From the human T2T-CHM13v2.0 reference genome, Homo sapiens, in assembly GCF_009914755.1 (NCBI RefSeq), contig NC_060942.1: a stretch of DNA of 64,000 bases; one strand, written 5' to 3'. Shown in pieces: positions 1-14,150 of this stretch. The translations under genes were made by a program, and so were the position numbers. Numbering within the stretch: the stretch's first letter is position 1; every line of letters starts with the position of its first letter. The notes beneath the pieces were generated by a model. It saw only the letters and a program-made list of their open reading frames with translations, made no database searches and was not told where the DNA came from.

Positions 1-1035
1 TGACATAAAATCATCAAGACAAAATGAAGAGTTTTTAACCATTTTAGGAGTGACTCAACAAAATGTGTTAGAGTGGTTCTAAAAATGCAGGTACATAAAA
101 ACATCTGCAGGATGTGTTAAAAAACGCAGATTTTTAAAACCTCCTTGATCTTATTTCTCTAGCCTAGTCGCTGATATTGTCTTAGTAAGTGTCTCCCCTC
201 TTCTGCACCATCACTTTTTCCCTCCCCACTGGATTCTTTGACCTCATTACACAAACATATTGTAACTCCCATCTTCAAAAACAAATGGCCTCAGTTGACC
301 CCACTTCTCTTACCAACTACCACCCAATTTCTTCTTTTTCTTTTAATGAAGAACTCAATCTGTATCCAAACTGAGTTTCCAGACTCCACCTGACTGTTGA
401 ACACACTCAAATCAAGCTTCTGATCCTTGTCCTGAAGAGTTTTTATCTAAAACACCAGTTGCCTCCATGTTGCTAAATCCAATGGTGACTTCTCAGTCCT
501 CATCTGAGTGGACTCTTCCATAGCATTTGGCACAGATGATCACTCCTTTCCTTTGAAACACTCCCTCACTTACCTTCTAAGACATCACAGCCTACTGATT
601 CCTCTCCTACCTCACTGATCACTCTTACTCAGTCTCCATTTCTCCCCTTAACTCTAACTTCCTAACACTACAGTTCTCAAAGGCTTGATATTTAAACTGT
701 TTTTTCTTTCTTAGGCTTCTCGTCCTCACATTCAGCTCCACAGTGATTTTATTACCCTGTGTCAAGGTTTTACTTACTGTTTGTATACTGAGTACTCCCA
801 ACTCTGTAGCCAAGCCCTTTCCACAGAACCCCAGACTCATATCCAAATGTCTTCCTGACATCTCTGATCTTCATCTCAACAGATTCAAACCAAGCTCCCG
901 ATCTTCTCTATCACAGTCAGTCACATCCTTCACAGTGCTCAAACACCACATGTAGTCATCCCTGAACCCTTCCTCTCTCCCACATACACATTCAGTCCAT
1001 CATATCCTGTCAACTCTATCTTCAAACATATTCAG

Positions 1036-2465
1036 AGAATGAAATTAGGCCTCTTCCTAACACTATACACAACAATTTTAAAAATAGATCAATTACCTAA
1101 ATATGAGTGTTTTAAAACCATACAACTCTTAGAAAAAAATATAGGGGTAAATCTTCATGACCTTGGATTTTGCAATGGATTTTTAGATACAATATCAAAA
1201 GCAAGAGTAACCAGACAAAAAACAGGTAGGTTGAACTTCATTAAAATTAAAAACATTTGTGCATCAAAGGAAATTACCAAGAAAGTGAAGAGACAAGTAC
1301 TATGGTCTGAATGGTTGTATCCCCCTAAATTTCACATGTTGAAATCCTCATCAACAATGTGATAGTATTAGGAGGTGGAATTTGTGGGAGGTGATTAGGT
1401 CATGATGGCTCTGTGCTTATGAATGAGATTAGTGCCCTTACAGAAGAGGACCCAGAGACATTCCTTGCCTCTTCTACCATGTGAGGTTACAATGTGAACA
1501 TGGCCATCTATAAGGAAGCAGGCCCTCACCAGACACTGAATCTGCAAGCACTTTGATCTTGGATTCCTCAGCCTGTAGAACTGTGAGAAGTAAGTTTCTA
1601 TTGTTTATAAGCTACCCAATTTATGGATTTTGTTATAGTAGTTCAAAAAGACTAAAACAATCACCTGTGAAATGGGAGAAAATATTTGTAAATCATATAT
1701 CTGACAACGATCTAGTATCCAGAATATACAAAGAAGTCTTACGACTCAAAAACACAAAGGTAAACAACTCAATTTAAAAAGCTAACAAACAATTTGAATA
1801 GACATTTCTCCAAACAAGATATATATATATATATACCTATATATATATATAGGTATGAAATATCGTTAGTCATTAATGCAAATCAAACCACAATGAGGTA
1901 CCATTTCACACCTACTAGGATACAATCAAAATAAATGTAAAATAAGATAACAAGTGTTGATGAGTATGTGGAGAAATTGGAATCCTTGTACACTGCTAGT
2001 GGGAATGCAAAATGGTTCACCTGCTGTGGAAAACAATTTGACAGCTGCTCAAAAAGTTAAAGAAAAAATTAATATACAATCCCTCAATTCTACTCCCAGG
2101 TATATACTCCAAAGAAAACAGGAACTCAGAAAAGTATACAGATATATACACAATGGAATACATTTAGCAGTGCAAAAGAACAGGGTAATAATACAAGCTA
2201 GTATATGAACAAACTCCAAAATATTATGCTAAATGAAAGAAGTCAGTCGCAAAAGGTGTATGAGGCTACAGGGAAGGGAAATCAGAAGGAAAATGCTTAA
2301 TGACTAGAGTGTTTTCTCTTTACTTTGAAGTGATGGAAGCATTTTAGAACTAGATAGAGGTATGGTTGCTCAACACTGTGAATGTACTAAGTGCCACTAC
2401 ACTGTTCATATTAAAATGGTTATTTTTATGTTACCTGAATTTCACTTCAATAAATTATTATTTTT
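1036..2465 (+). mobile_element. Old L1 (L1M-type) ORF2 C-terminal/3' UTR fragment, interrupted by an MLT1 LTR
   Basis: Degenerate ORF2 peptides ([30 protein letters not shown]); AATAAA near 2450. Confidence 0.88.
1298..1659 (+). mobile_element. MaLR solo LTR (MLT1A0-like)
   Basis: Starts TACTATGGTCTGAATG, ends TTTGTTATAG..GACTAAAACA; ~360 bp. Confidence 0.85.
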
Positions 2466-4715
2466 TAAAGTTCAGAATCTAATCCCTTCTTCTAATTCCA
2501 CCGCTACCACTTTGATCCACACCACCTTCTCTCATCAGATTATTACTAGCCTCCTACCTGGTCTCCCCTTCCCCTCTTGTCATTCTGCTCTTTCCTCAAC
2601 ACAACAGCCAGAATGATCCTGTTTTGAAAGTCAGATCATGTTTTACCTCTACTGAAAGCCTTCCAATAGATCATTAGCTCCTCATAGTCAAAGCCCCACA
2701 CAAAGTGGCCTATGACTTATCTGACCTCATCTGACCTCAGACACACTTCTGCCTCAGGACTCTTGCATTTGCTGTTAGCTCTCTTTGTAATGCTTCTCCC
2801 CTTAATATGTAAGGCCCTTGAACCATCACCAACATCCTTGAACCATCACCAACATCAGTTCTTACTCAATGGTATCCTATGCAATGACATTTGCTCAGAC
2901 CATCCTATTTAAATGCAAAGGCACACATTCTCCCTATTTCCCTTCTCTGCTTTATTTTTCTCCATAGCATTTATCACCATCTATCATTCAGTATATTTTA
3001 CTTATTTATTGAGTTTCTTTTCTACTTCCTACTAGACGTTTACTAGAGAAAGCCTAAAAGGATAAAGAGTAACGGCCTGTGCGATCTTAAAAGGACAGGT
3101 TTTAAACCATTTGGGTGTCTGCTTGCTAATATGTCTGTATGCATGCATGATAGATGTGGAGCTGTGACTTGCTTTCTTTAACACATATCTCCTCGTTCTA
3201 AGTTTGTGAGGGAAGAGATCTCAGCTAGTCCAAATTACTGAAGGCTATGAAGAACTACAAAAGGACTTTATAGAAAAGTGACCACCCAAACTGGCTTATC
3301 TTACTTTGCTGCACTGCATTAAGAAAACTAGACCTAAAATACATCGAAAGGGATATAAAAAATTCCAAGTATTAAATAAGCCTAAATGATTGCTATGAAA
3401 TAAGGATTGAAATAGAAAAAAAAAAACAAGAAGGATGGAAAGTTCTTGGTTCTTTTATTGATCTTATCATATATTCAATTATTTTTTAAAAACAAACAAA
3501 AAATACCCCAAGGTTTAAAAAAATGTCCTCCGCCCCTGAGAATGTACAGGATGACATTTCATTTTTTCCTCCTTAATCATCAATATCCAAGAGAACAATC
3601 TCTGTCTTGGAACCACTTTCCACAATCAGTTGGAAATCGTAAAGTGCAAGGGCCTGGCTGGCTTTATTAACAAGATGTTTATAAACCTGCCTTACAAATA
3701 TTTTAAAACATTTACACATTTGATAAAAAGATGTATCAAAATAAAAATATACATAAAAACAAAAGCCATGCACTCATTAACAGATAATTCAAGTCTCTTT
3801 CCCAATTTAGTAATACATCATACAAAAGTACTCATATTATTAAAAAATAGAAGAGTTGTACAATTGTATAGTCCTACTAAACTAATAAAAAGTACTTCAG
3901 TTCTGTTATCTTAAGATACCATACCGCAGCTTCTTCTGACCATGTTAATGTAGACAAGCCTCAATCAGTAAGCACACTAATCTAAATCAAATTCCATCTA
4001 GTTGAAAATAATCATCATGTGCTGCCCAGAGATGGTGAGCATGAATGGATTACTGAAAATATTCATGGTAATTGCAGGTTGCTATTTCTGTTGACCAGAT
4101 TCAGAGGAGTTTACTTAGAGAAATATCTAAGCATGCAGACCACCAATGCAAAACACACAGAATATCACTCTTGACATCCACACTAAAAACAGCCCAGGAT
4201 CCTCTCTGCAATGTCACAGTGTGGTTGTTATTTCATAGTGTTAGATACACTGCTAGTGACAAAATGAAAATGTATGATTGCAGTTATTTTATTTTCAAGA
4301 AATATGCTACCACAAGAGATTTTTTTTTCCTAGTCAGTGGAGTGTTAAGTTATATTAAGGACTACATATTATCTTCAAAAGCCCCAGGTTCTTCTGCTTG
4401 TAAACAGGTGTGTACAAAATACTAACAGTGACAATAATTGAAAGATGCTTTTTAATTATAAGGAGTTGCTTAACATATTCCCCAATTCGCAAACATATCT
4501 AGTTAACACACAAGTCATGGTGGTAAATGGGGAATAAAGACCTGCTCTAAAATAAAGTGGCCACAAGACACCTGGATATTTAGGCTGGATCCTTTCTCTG
4601 TGTTATACCATAATAGTTTTTTATCATCACCATCATCAGAACTAAATTAGAAATCAGGAAACCTGGGTTCTAATTCCAGATCTGCTGCTAACAATCTAAA
4701 GAACTATATAATCAC

Positions 4716-5100
4716 ATATACACCATGAAATACTATGCAGCCATAAAAAAAGAATGAGATCATTTCCTTTGCAGGGACATGGGTGAAGCTGGAAGCCATT
4801 ATTCTCAGCAAACTAACACAGGAAAAGAAAACCAAACACTGAATGTCGTCACTCATAAATGGGAGTTGAAATATGAGAACACATGGACACAGGGAGGGGA
4901 ACAACACACACCAGGAACTGTCGGTGGGTGGAGGGCAAGGGGAGGGAGAGTATTAGGACAAATACCTTATGCATACAGGACTTAAAACATAGATGACAGG
5001 TTGATAGATGCAGCAAACCACCATGGCACATGTATACTTATGTAACAAACCTGCACGTTCTGCACATGTGTCCCAGAACTTAAAGTAAAATTAAAAAAAA
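4716..5100 (+). mobile_element. 5'-truncated L1PA (PA7/PA8-like) 3' end with poly(A)
   Basis: L1PA 3' UTR (TAACAAACCTGCACGTTCTGCACATG); TSD AAAGA(A/G)CTATATAATCAC on both sides. Confidence 0.93.
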
Positions 5101-8100
5101 AAAGAGCTATATAATCACGGGAAAAGCCTATGATCTCTGAGCTCTAATTTGCTTATTTTTAAAATGAAGAGTTTGGCCATAAATGCTTTTAAAACAGAAT
5201 AGAAAAACGCAAAGTAAAAATGACTGCCTAAACATACAAAAATTGATCCTAATTTATAAAGGCAAACATATATATGCCACGGGATAAAAAAGGAATGATT
5301 TTTCACCAGAGGGGAAAGAGCAAAATGACAATATATTATGAAATTAAATGGTGATGAGGATATTGAAAAGAACTAACACACAAGCCTTGTAATGAAGCAT
5401 GCTACAAAATGCAAAGAAAAAAGATACTGTCAAACTCTACATTCCCTTTGACCTAGTAATTCTATTTTTGAACACAAATTCCCCCAAAAAAATCCCTAAA
5501 GAAAAATCAAAGATCTCTAAAAAGAATCTCCATAGCAGCACTACATATAAGAGAGGAAAATTAGAAACAACCTGTATGTTCAAAAATAGAGGCACAGTTA
5601 AGCAGAATCTGGTTTTGCTAACAAAATGGGACAAAGGCCTATATAGCCATTTTTTAAAATACAGAACTATCTTCAAAGAGTGGATGTATTCATGTGATAT
5701 TACATTAAATGTTAAGGTTGATCACAGAACACCCTTTTTATGATTTCACAAAAAACACACGGTTAAAAACTAGAAGATAAATGGAAGCTGTACAGTTAGT
5801 TCTTTGAGTTTGTTATTTTGATAAAATTCATTACACTAGCAAAAAATAAAGGGAAATGGGGAGGAAAGAATGCTCTTTAAACCACAGTCCAGTTTGTACA
5901 TTTCATGCTTCTTCTATATAATTTTCTAACGTGACAAATACCAACTTATGTCTCTACCTTACATTCAATGTTCCTCAAGCATTTTTGCAAAGATTATGTT
6001 AATTGTTGGAAAAATCATCAGCGTTCATGGTACCAATACACCAACATATTAAACTTTTATACAAAGTCTAGTGTGTCAGATGTATCCTAAGAATGTATAT
6101 TGTACATACTGGTGAGCCATTGTCATCCTGTCCCCAGATGCCATCAACGGGAAATTAAAGGAAGCATCCAGAGTTAGGAGTTACGATTCCAACAGGGTCT
6201 TGGACTCTAAAGTCAGCCAATATATGGTAGAACATGCTATGAGGTGAATGCCTTGGAAAACTGTCACATACCTCTTATGTACAATTACTGCTTTCCTTAA
6301 ACACTATAGGCGACAAAATCATAGCAAAAGTCATCACTCTGGTTGGCCTCGTAATATATCCCTTTCAGCTGTGGCAAATATACAGTACATGAATTTACTG
6401 CAGTACACAGAATTCATAGATATAATTATGGTGTGGTATTTGGCTTCAGTGTATAGCTATAGCATTGGATTATCCTTCTAATAAAAACTCCAAAAAGATG
6501 TAAAAGGTAAAAACCCAGAATTATCCTAAGTAGCAATTCTCCAGAAGAAACATTAACTGGAGATAACATGCTTGTGTTGAATAGAAATGCTGATGTTCCA
6601 CAAAAGCCTGTGTAAATTTTCTTCCTTCCAAAAAGTTGTTTTTTTCTACTAATCAATATTTTAAACAGTATGTTTCAAGCTTTACGATGCTGGTATCCTT
6701 TAACATATTCTGAGAATGATAAAGAAAAAAGTAATGGTGTCATGTGAAAAACTGTTTAAAAAAAAAAGGCTAAAACCTAAAATTGGGAACAAGTGGATAT
6801 ACCAAAACTGTAAAAATCTACCAGAGACCATTATACATACTTTTCTCACTGATGGCTAGAGCACAAAGTAAAAAATATTTTCAATCTTTCACCTTTACAA
6901 CTTTAGCAAAAATCCTGTTTCTAGTTATCCTAAAAAGACACTGGCAAAAAGCTATGTCCAATTTCTCCTGTCACCAGCATTATCTAATAATGTGAAAACA
7001 AGCTATCATTTTCAAAACTATTCAACGCGCCAAAGTAATTAATCTTAAATCAATGGCTGCTAGTGACACACCATGTGTTTACTTTAAACAACAAATTATA
7101 AGCTTTTAGAAAATGAAATTACCCATTTAAAAATGAATCTCAAAAATATGCTGCAGCAATGCAACAAATTCCACTTTTTATTATCTGTCTGAATTATTCT
7201 ACAGAATCATATCAATATATTTTATACACATTTACAGGTCATACAAGTTCTAGGGTGCCAAGTAATAATTTAAAGATTTAAAGAAAATGGGATACACACA
7301 GAAGAACTCCAAAAGTCATATTAAGTTAAAGAAAGGCTGTACACGGATTTAAATTAAACCTCCATTACCCACCAGATGAGATAGCAATTCAGTGTTGAGA
7401 CAGACTAACTCAAACATTCACCCATTAAAATACCATGTAATGAGGCAGGGACAAGAGAATGCCTTAAAAAAATTAAAAATCAACTTCAGAAAGACAGCAC
7501 AGGTGAGAGCAAATCCTAATTTAAATAGAAATTAAAATAAAATGTAACCTGCACCCAAGAACGATAGTAGCTAAGAGGCCATTTACATTTCAAAGTCCTC
7601 TGTCTATGGTATTCTTAAGTACTATACCACTAAGGTTTGTCGGTACTGTGGAGACACTTCAATTAAGGCTGTGTGGTAGAGCTCTGTGTAAATTAATTAG
7701 TTGAGGTTACGCAGATTTTCTAAAAGCAGCTCTCTAAAACAGCCTCAGAGATATGCAAGATTTGTGGGGAATTAAAATTTAAACACAACTTACTAATCAA
7801 TTCTTCTTGCTTTCACATTTCAATGACATTTTGCGTAATAATAAATAAGTCCATGAAAATACTACTAACCAAAATTTTATTTGCTTTCAATTAGAGCTAA
7901 AGGAAAGGGCTTTCAGTTTTCCTTTTGATACTTAGGTTTTATTTCAGATTTTATCTAGACTTATTGGCAAGAGTTTCCATATGATAACTATAATGAACTT
8001 GATCCATATTTAAATGGGAAATGAGACTATATTTAAAATTCACATATGCTACAACTAAATTAGCTTTCTAGTAATTGCTATAAACAATGTCATAACAAAA

Positions 8101-8537
8101 ATATGAATTTCATACTCTTGCACTGAGACTTTACATGTTAAATTCATTCAATGTAATTCAGCTATATATTAAAGCTTCACGTTTTATCTAATAAAATATT
8201 ATAATAATTTCCTTTCTTTAATTCAAAATACTAAGTAATTTTTTGCTGTAAGTAAATTTTAAAGCCATTAGAACTAGATGTTTCATATTCTTCAAAATAT
8301 TATTCTTTAAATAAAATGTATACACAAAAATGGTAATAATCAGTTACATAACGGTTTCTCTGTAAATTAAAAATGGAAGAAATCTGACGATTTCAAGAGA
8401 TCAGGAGCCTTCAAATTATGTATATAAGAGATTCATAAGCTCTTCTGTAATCCTAAAATAAAGTCCCTACAGTCTCATCATAGTGATTGTGAAAAATTCA
8501 TACTTGTTATACAGTAGAAATGATTTAGGCTTTTTTA

Positions 8538-8870
<333 letters not shown>

Positions 8871-9899
8871 TTAATCATTTTGATAACTGGAGTAGAAGAA
8901 ACAAATCCCACTTGTCTAGTCCAGTAAAAGCGAAATAATACACATTCTAGGTTCTTCTAAGGACTGAACATTTCCATTAAAATGCTCATTGTGACTGAAG
9001 AACTACCAAGTGGGCGTGGGGTTTGGGGGACAGCCAAATAGTCTTTGGGCTCCACAAATCACCATCACTAACTTAAGTTTTCATGAAAAATGTATACATT
9101 CAAGTACACAGATTTTTATATTTTTAGCTAATTTTCTATAAAACTGGTTTCAAGATGCCATGTTCATTTAAAAATAAAATTATAATATACTTACAACAGT
9201 GGGACAGATAATATTTTATACCAAGTAAAACCAATCAAAACTATATATTTATTTCTATAATTTGAAGGACAGTGATACATTAAAAATTTAAGTAAAGATT
9301 AATACAACTATGTTTTTACACTTAAAATTAGAAAGTAACCAAGTATCTGTCATTTTCTATATCATCATATGCACAGTTAATTTACTCAGTGTGCTTAAAA
9401 CTCAGTCATACCTACTACTGTCTAGCTAACCCTCCAAGTTAGTTGCCCTACTTCTTTCAGCCCTACTGACACAATTGGAGGACAGTCAGCCCTCAGCAGA
9501 GCTCCTGTAGCATCTGCATTAATTGTAGGAAACTCTACCATGTACTAATGGGGATTCAAATACAGAGGAAGGACGAGTAGAATGAGGCTACCCAATGAAG
9601 GGATTCCAGTGGCCATAGGGACAGCATTAGGGACAGTCCACCCTAGTGAGAACCAGAAATTGAGAGGAAGAAGAAGGGAAGTCCCAGAAACAGAGAGATC
9701 TCAGAACAACTGTCTGGATGAAGCAATGCAGGGCAGCTTCATAATTAAATGACTACCTGAATTATGCATGTGAAATTTTGCAAATACTAATGTTGCAAAA
9801 ATCTAGACCAATCTAATAAACTGTTCTTTTCAAATCCAAGAAAATAAGAAATAAATTAAATTTAAACAGTATTAAATATCACAGTATTTATTCTCAAAA

Positions 9900-10820
9900 A
9901 ATTTTTAGGAGCAACAGTGAGATACTAGTTCAGGCCCATCGAATGAGTAAGCAGTTTTAAGTCTGTTATGTGCAAGAAAGGGCTGTATCAAGTGAAGAAT
10001 AAAGAAGAACCAGTCCCCTAAAAAGGTGTGAGTGGAAGCTGGTACAGTCACCTTGGCATATATTTTGGCAAACTCTAGTAAAGATGAATGTGGATATATC
10101 CTCCATATTCCTAGGGAAATATTACGCCACATGAGTGCTCCAGTTGACATGTGCAGGAATGTCCACTGAAACATGACTGTAATAGCAGAGATTCTGTACA
10201 TGTCCATCAAAAGGAGAATGGACTAATACATCATCACAAAGCCAAAAGAAGAAAACAACATTAAAATGAAAGAACTGGAACTACATTTATCCAAACAGCT
10301 ACATCTCAGAGGCAAACTAAAACAAAACAAAAAGTCAGTTTCTTTAAGTTCCATGTATGATTAAGATATAAATTTAATTATAAATCAACCTACAGATGAC
10401 TATTTAGTAAGTTCAGAAACCCATTTGTGTGACATCCCAAATTCAGACTGAAGACAAGGCACACTGCAGTATGAAATCTTGCAAAAAAAAGTAGAAATCA
10501 TGACTGATGATTCCGCTTATATAAAATTTAAACACAAAAGATAACATAATGTTTTGAACACATACTTATGTAAGAAGAAAAGGAAAACAGCATAGTGATA
10601 AACATGAAATTTAGGATAGTGGTTACCCCAGGGGAAGGAAAACTAGGAAAGGCATCAGGAAAGATTGTACAAGTGGCTTCAATTTTATCTGTAATAATTA
10701 CTTTCTTTCAAAAAGACTGAAGGAAACCAGGTAAAATGTAAAGATCCGCATAGACACACAGGTACAAATTACAGTATTCACCTCACAAACTATCTGCTCT
10801 ACATATTTCATAATGAAAAA
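9900..10820 (+). mobile_element. Highly diverged L1 (L1ME-like) 3' fragments
   Basis: Degenerate L1 3'-end motifs (ATGTCCATCAAAAGGAGAATGGA; GGATAGTGGTTACC). Confidence 0.55.
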
Positions 10821-12159
10821 GAGAAAATATCAGAAACCAATTGAGAAATAAGAAGTGAGGCTTCCAACACCCATCAAATTTGGGACACTGGGAGACAGTC
10901 TGATACTTGACACGTGTAAACATCCAGGTACTGTCCATGCCTGGCACAGTGCAGGCACTGAGTAAAGGAAAGCTTTTGCTTTTAGCTAACCCAAACGAAC
11001 ACAGGGAACTCCCCAGTTTGCCATATAAAATGGACAAATGTGTTGTAAACCTGTGTCCCACCAACATGTTACGAGTCTGCCTCTTCACCCTTCTAGTCCA
11101 GGCTTCTAAGAGCAGTGAAGCATGGCAGGTGCTAGCCCATGACAGGTCAGGCCGGAGCCCAGAAACGCCGTGGCCAGAAGCCAGCGATGGAAGGCACGGA
11201 GCAGACGGGGGTCACGTTTCAAATGGGGGCGTTCAGGGTAGTAGAGTATGCGGGTTTGTGGGTAAGAACTCAGAGATCAAGAAAGTCTCAAGACTAGAGG
11301 AAAACCGTAAGCTTTTATTCAATCTTGTTTCCCAGTGGATCTGCCCTAAGGCAGGAGAATCAGCGGCACCAAGTTCCTGGTCCAAACCCACAGAAATAGG
11401 ACTTCAGGGCCATGTCGAAGCTGTCAGGAAGACAGTGAATGTTCACCTCTGTGTTTTGTTCTCTGCCTTATTTCAGAAAAGGGACCTTCTGTCCTCAATG
11501 TGCTGCCCCTTACTAAACCTCTCCATGCTCATTTTCCTCATGTAAAAAAGGGTACCAACCAGCCAGGTTGGCCATGAGAATTATTGAAAAAATGCTCTTA
11601 AAGCACATCTCTAATGAATACTGACTACTAATACTAAATATCCATGGAAGTCATGTCATACTTTGAATAATTTCATATTCATCTTAAATAGCTGAAACTT
11701 TCCTAAATTCTTCTTCCTTAAGACAAAACGGATCCACAAAATAATATAATCCTGGATCCAAAATACTAATCTATAATGTATTTTCTTAAAAACAATCTCC
11801 ATAAAATTGTTAAAATATATATTCTCCCTATTTATTTCCTCTCTTAACTTTCAGTCAAAAAATAGCAAAGTTACCAAGTTCAAAAAACAAACAGGAAGCA
11901 CTCAAATGAATACAAGCTCCCAGCTGGACATAGTGGAGGCTTACTTTGCACCAAGCACTGTGTTGGTAAATCAGTATCTCATTCAATTCTCCCTGCAACC
12001 CTACAAGGCTGTGACTGATACCAGGTATGAGACTGCAGGAGACCAAGAGCTGATGAGCAGAATCCCCTTAGGGGGGCTGACTGCACTGTGGTGGTAATCC
12101 TTGTTGGGCATTGGAAGTTCTCTGGTCTAACCCATAGCTAATGCCTGAATGTTCTACAA

Positions 12160-12424
12160 CAGTAGCTCTCAATCAGGGACAATTTTGCTCCCCAGGGGAC
12201 ATCTATCAATGTGCAGACACATTTTTAGCTGTCACAACTGCGAGGGGGTGCTACTGGCTACTAGTGGCTACTGGCTCTCAGTTGGTTTCTGGCATTTTCT
12301 CTTTTTCATTATAAAATACGTAGAGCAGGGAATTTGCTAACCATTATACAACACACAGCACAGCATCCCTAACAAAGGAGTGCCAAGCTCAAAATGTCAA
12401 CAGAGCCAAGGTTAAGAAAACCTG
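12160..12424 (+). mobile_element. MER20 (hAT-Charlie) carrying an internal ~55-bp insertion
   Basis: MER20 body (GTCACAACTG..GGGGGTGCTACTGGC; AAAATGTCAACAG..GGTTAAGAAAACCTG); 8-bp TSD TTCTACA(A/G). Confidence 0.85.
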
Positions 12425-12716
12425 TTCTACAGCAACACATGAAAAAGAGGTATCTACCTACCAATTAACACTGCTATCGGTACGAGGATCACTGTCTGCT
12501 CAAGTAGCCTCATCACTCTTGGAACATCCTGCATCCCAGAAAGCCAAAACCCAGCCCCTGAGGCTTACTCCCACATAAAGTCATCACTCTGCCAGGCCTA
12601 GGATGAAATTCTGGAACTTCCAAGAGGAGAAAGAGGCATCCTACCCTCAACAAGTTATCTGTGGGTATGAGGAGGAGGTTGTGAATAACATACATTTCCC
12701 TAATATTTGAATGGTG

Positions 12717-13028
12717 CATGGGTTGGCAAGCTTTTTCTGTAAAGGGTAAACTAAGTATTTCAGGCTTTGTAGTCCATAGGATCTCTGCTGAAACTACTCA
12801 ATCTGCTGCTGTTGTGCAAAAGCAGTCATAGACAATCAGTATATGAATGAACATGGCTGTGTTCATTCTAATAAAACTTCATGTATCCTGAAATTTGAAT
12901 TTCATTCCATTTTCAAGTCTTGAAAGATATTCTTCTTCTTTTTCTTGCTTAAAAGCATTTGAAAATGTAAAAAATATTCTTGGCCAGACAAAAATAATGG
13001 CAGCAGGAGTGTAGTTTGCAGATCCCTC
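12717..13028 (+). mobile_element. MER58 (B-like) hAT element
   Basis: GGTTGGCAAGCTTTTTCTGTAAAGGG start; TAGTTTGCAGATCCCT end. Confidence 0.8.
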
Positions 13029-13239
13029 GAATAGTGTGTTAAGTTCCGTATCACATTGTTATCTCACTTCATTCTCACAATAGGCCCCTTAAGAGGGGGT
13101 TAAACTATCTGCATTTTGCTAATGAGCAAATCGATTCTCACACAGAGGTACAGTGAAATACCCAAGACCTCACATCCAAGAGAGAAAGGGCAGGATTCAA
13201 ACTCTGTAGTCTTTCTAAGTACAACAAATAATTACAATA

Positions 13240-14150
13240 CAATCTTTCAAGAAACATGTACTGAGTGTTCATTTGCCACTAGAAACAGAAAACAAGATAC
13301 AGCCCCTGCCCTTAAGGAGCTCAAGATTTAATGTGGGAGGTTAAGATATGCAGAGGATATGAGCAAAGCCCAGGGCAGGGAATCTGGGGGCTTCCCAAGC
13401 AGAGAGCTGGAGTAGCAAGGCGCTAGAGAGTGGCAGGAAAGCCATCCTAGGCAGTCACTGCTTGAACTAAAACAAGGCAGCAAGAAACAGCATAGTGCCT
13501 GGGGAATAACAATGAGTTCAGTGTCGCCGGAGTCCAAGAAGCAAGGCAGGATGTCAAAAGTTGAGGCTGGAGAGTTAGACAGGGTTAGATCACAAATGGT
13601 TGGGGGCCTGGGGTTATCCTGTTGGCTGGGGGAGCCAGGGACAGATTTTAAGCACAGACCGAATGCATCTGACAGAGAATTCTCTGATAGTTTTGTGGGA
13701 AAGTGTGTGTGTGATAGGGGATGACAAGTGACAACTGGGAGACAAGCTAGGACACAGACCTGAGTCAGGGCAGGGGCTGCAAGGAATGAAAAAGGGGCAG
13801 ATTTTGTCAATACCAAGATAGTTAAGATCGATAGGGCCTTCTGAGGCAGGGACTCACTGGGGGAGGGAGGGAGGAAATGATGCCTTCCCTCATGTTTCCA
13901 GCTGAGTGGCTGTGAACACGGGTGCCACAAGTAGGAAAAATAATTGCAAAACTATAATGTCAGGAACAAAGTGCTAAAGAAGCAGAAAGAATGGGATGAT
14001 AAATCTGTCCGTGGAAGTCAAGGAAGACTCCATAGCTGAAGTGACATTTAGGCTCTGACTTTAAAGATGATTAAAAATTTGCCAGGAGAAAGAGGGGGAA
14101 GTGGAAAAGGGCATTCCAGGCAAAAGGTACAGCAGAACAAAGCCCCTGGT
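13240..14150 (-). mobile_element. L2 fragments
   Basis: Purine-rich antisense L2 motifs (CCCTGCCCTTAAGGAGCTCA; GGGCATTCCAGGCA). Confidence 0.6.

Larger units (their letters stand above)
130..3036 (+). mobile_element. L2 (L2a-like) LINE, interrupted at ~1036-2468 by an L1
   Basis: L2 3'-region motifs such as TTTATTTTTCTCCATAGCATTTATCACC; L2 sequence is continuous across the L1 (..ATATTCAGA / TTCAGAATCT..). Confidence 0.75.

Noticed and set aside
2816-2856. 20-bp tandem duplications (also 24876-24915) and a 12-bp one at 17282-17305
   Set aside because: Ordinary slippage duplications, mostly inside old repeats
10907-11545. 212-aa plus-strand ORF
   Set aside because: TTG start, no recognisable domain, antisense intronic
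13328-13930. 200-aa minus-strand ORF
   Set aside because: Lies in decayed L2 sequence; non-ATG start; no intact RT motifs
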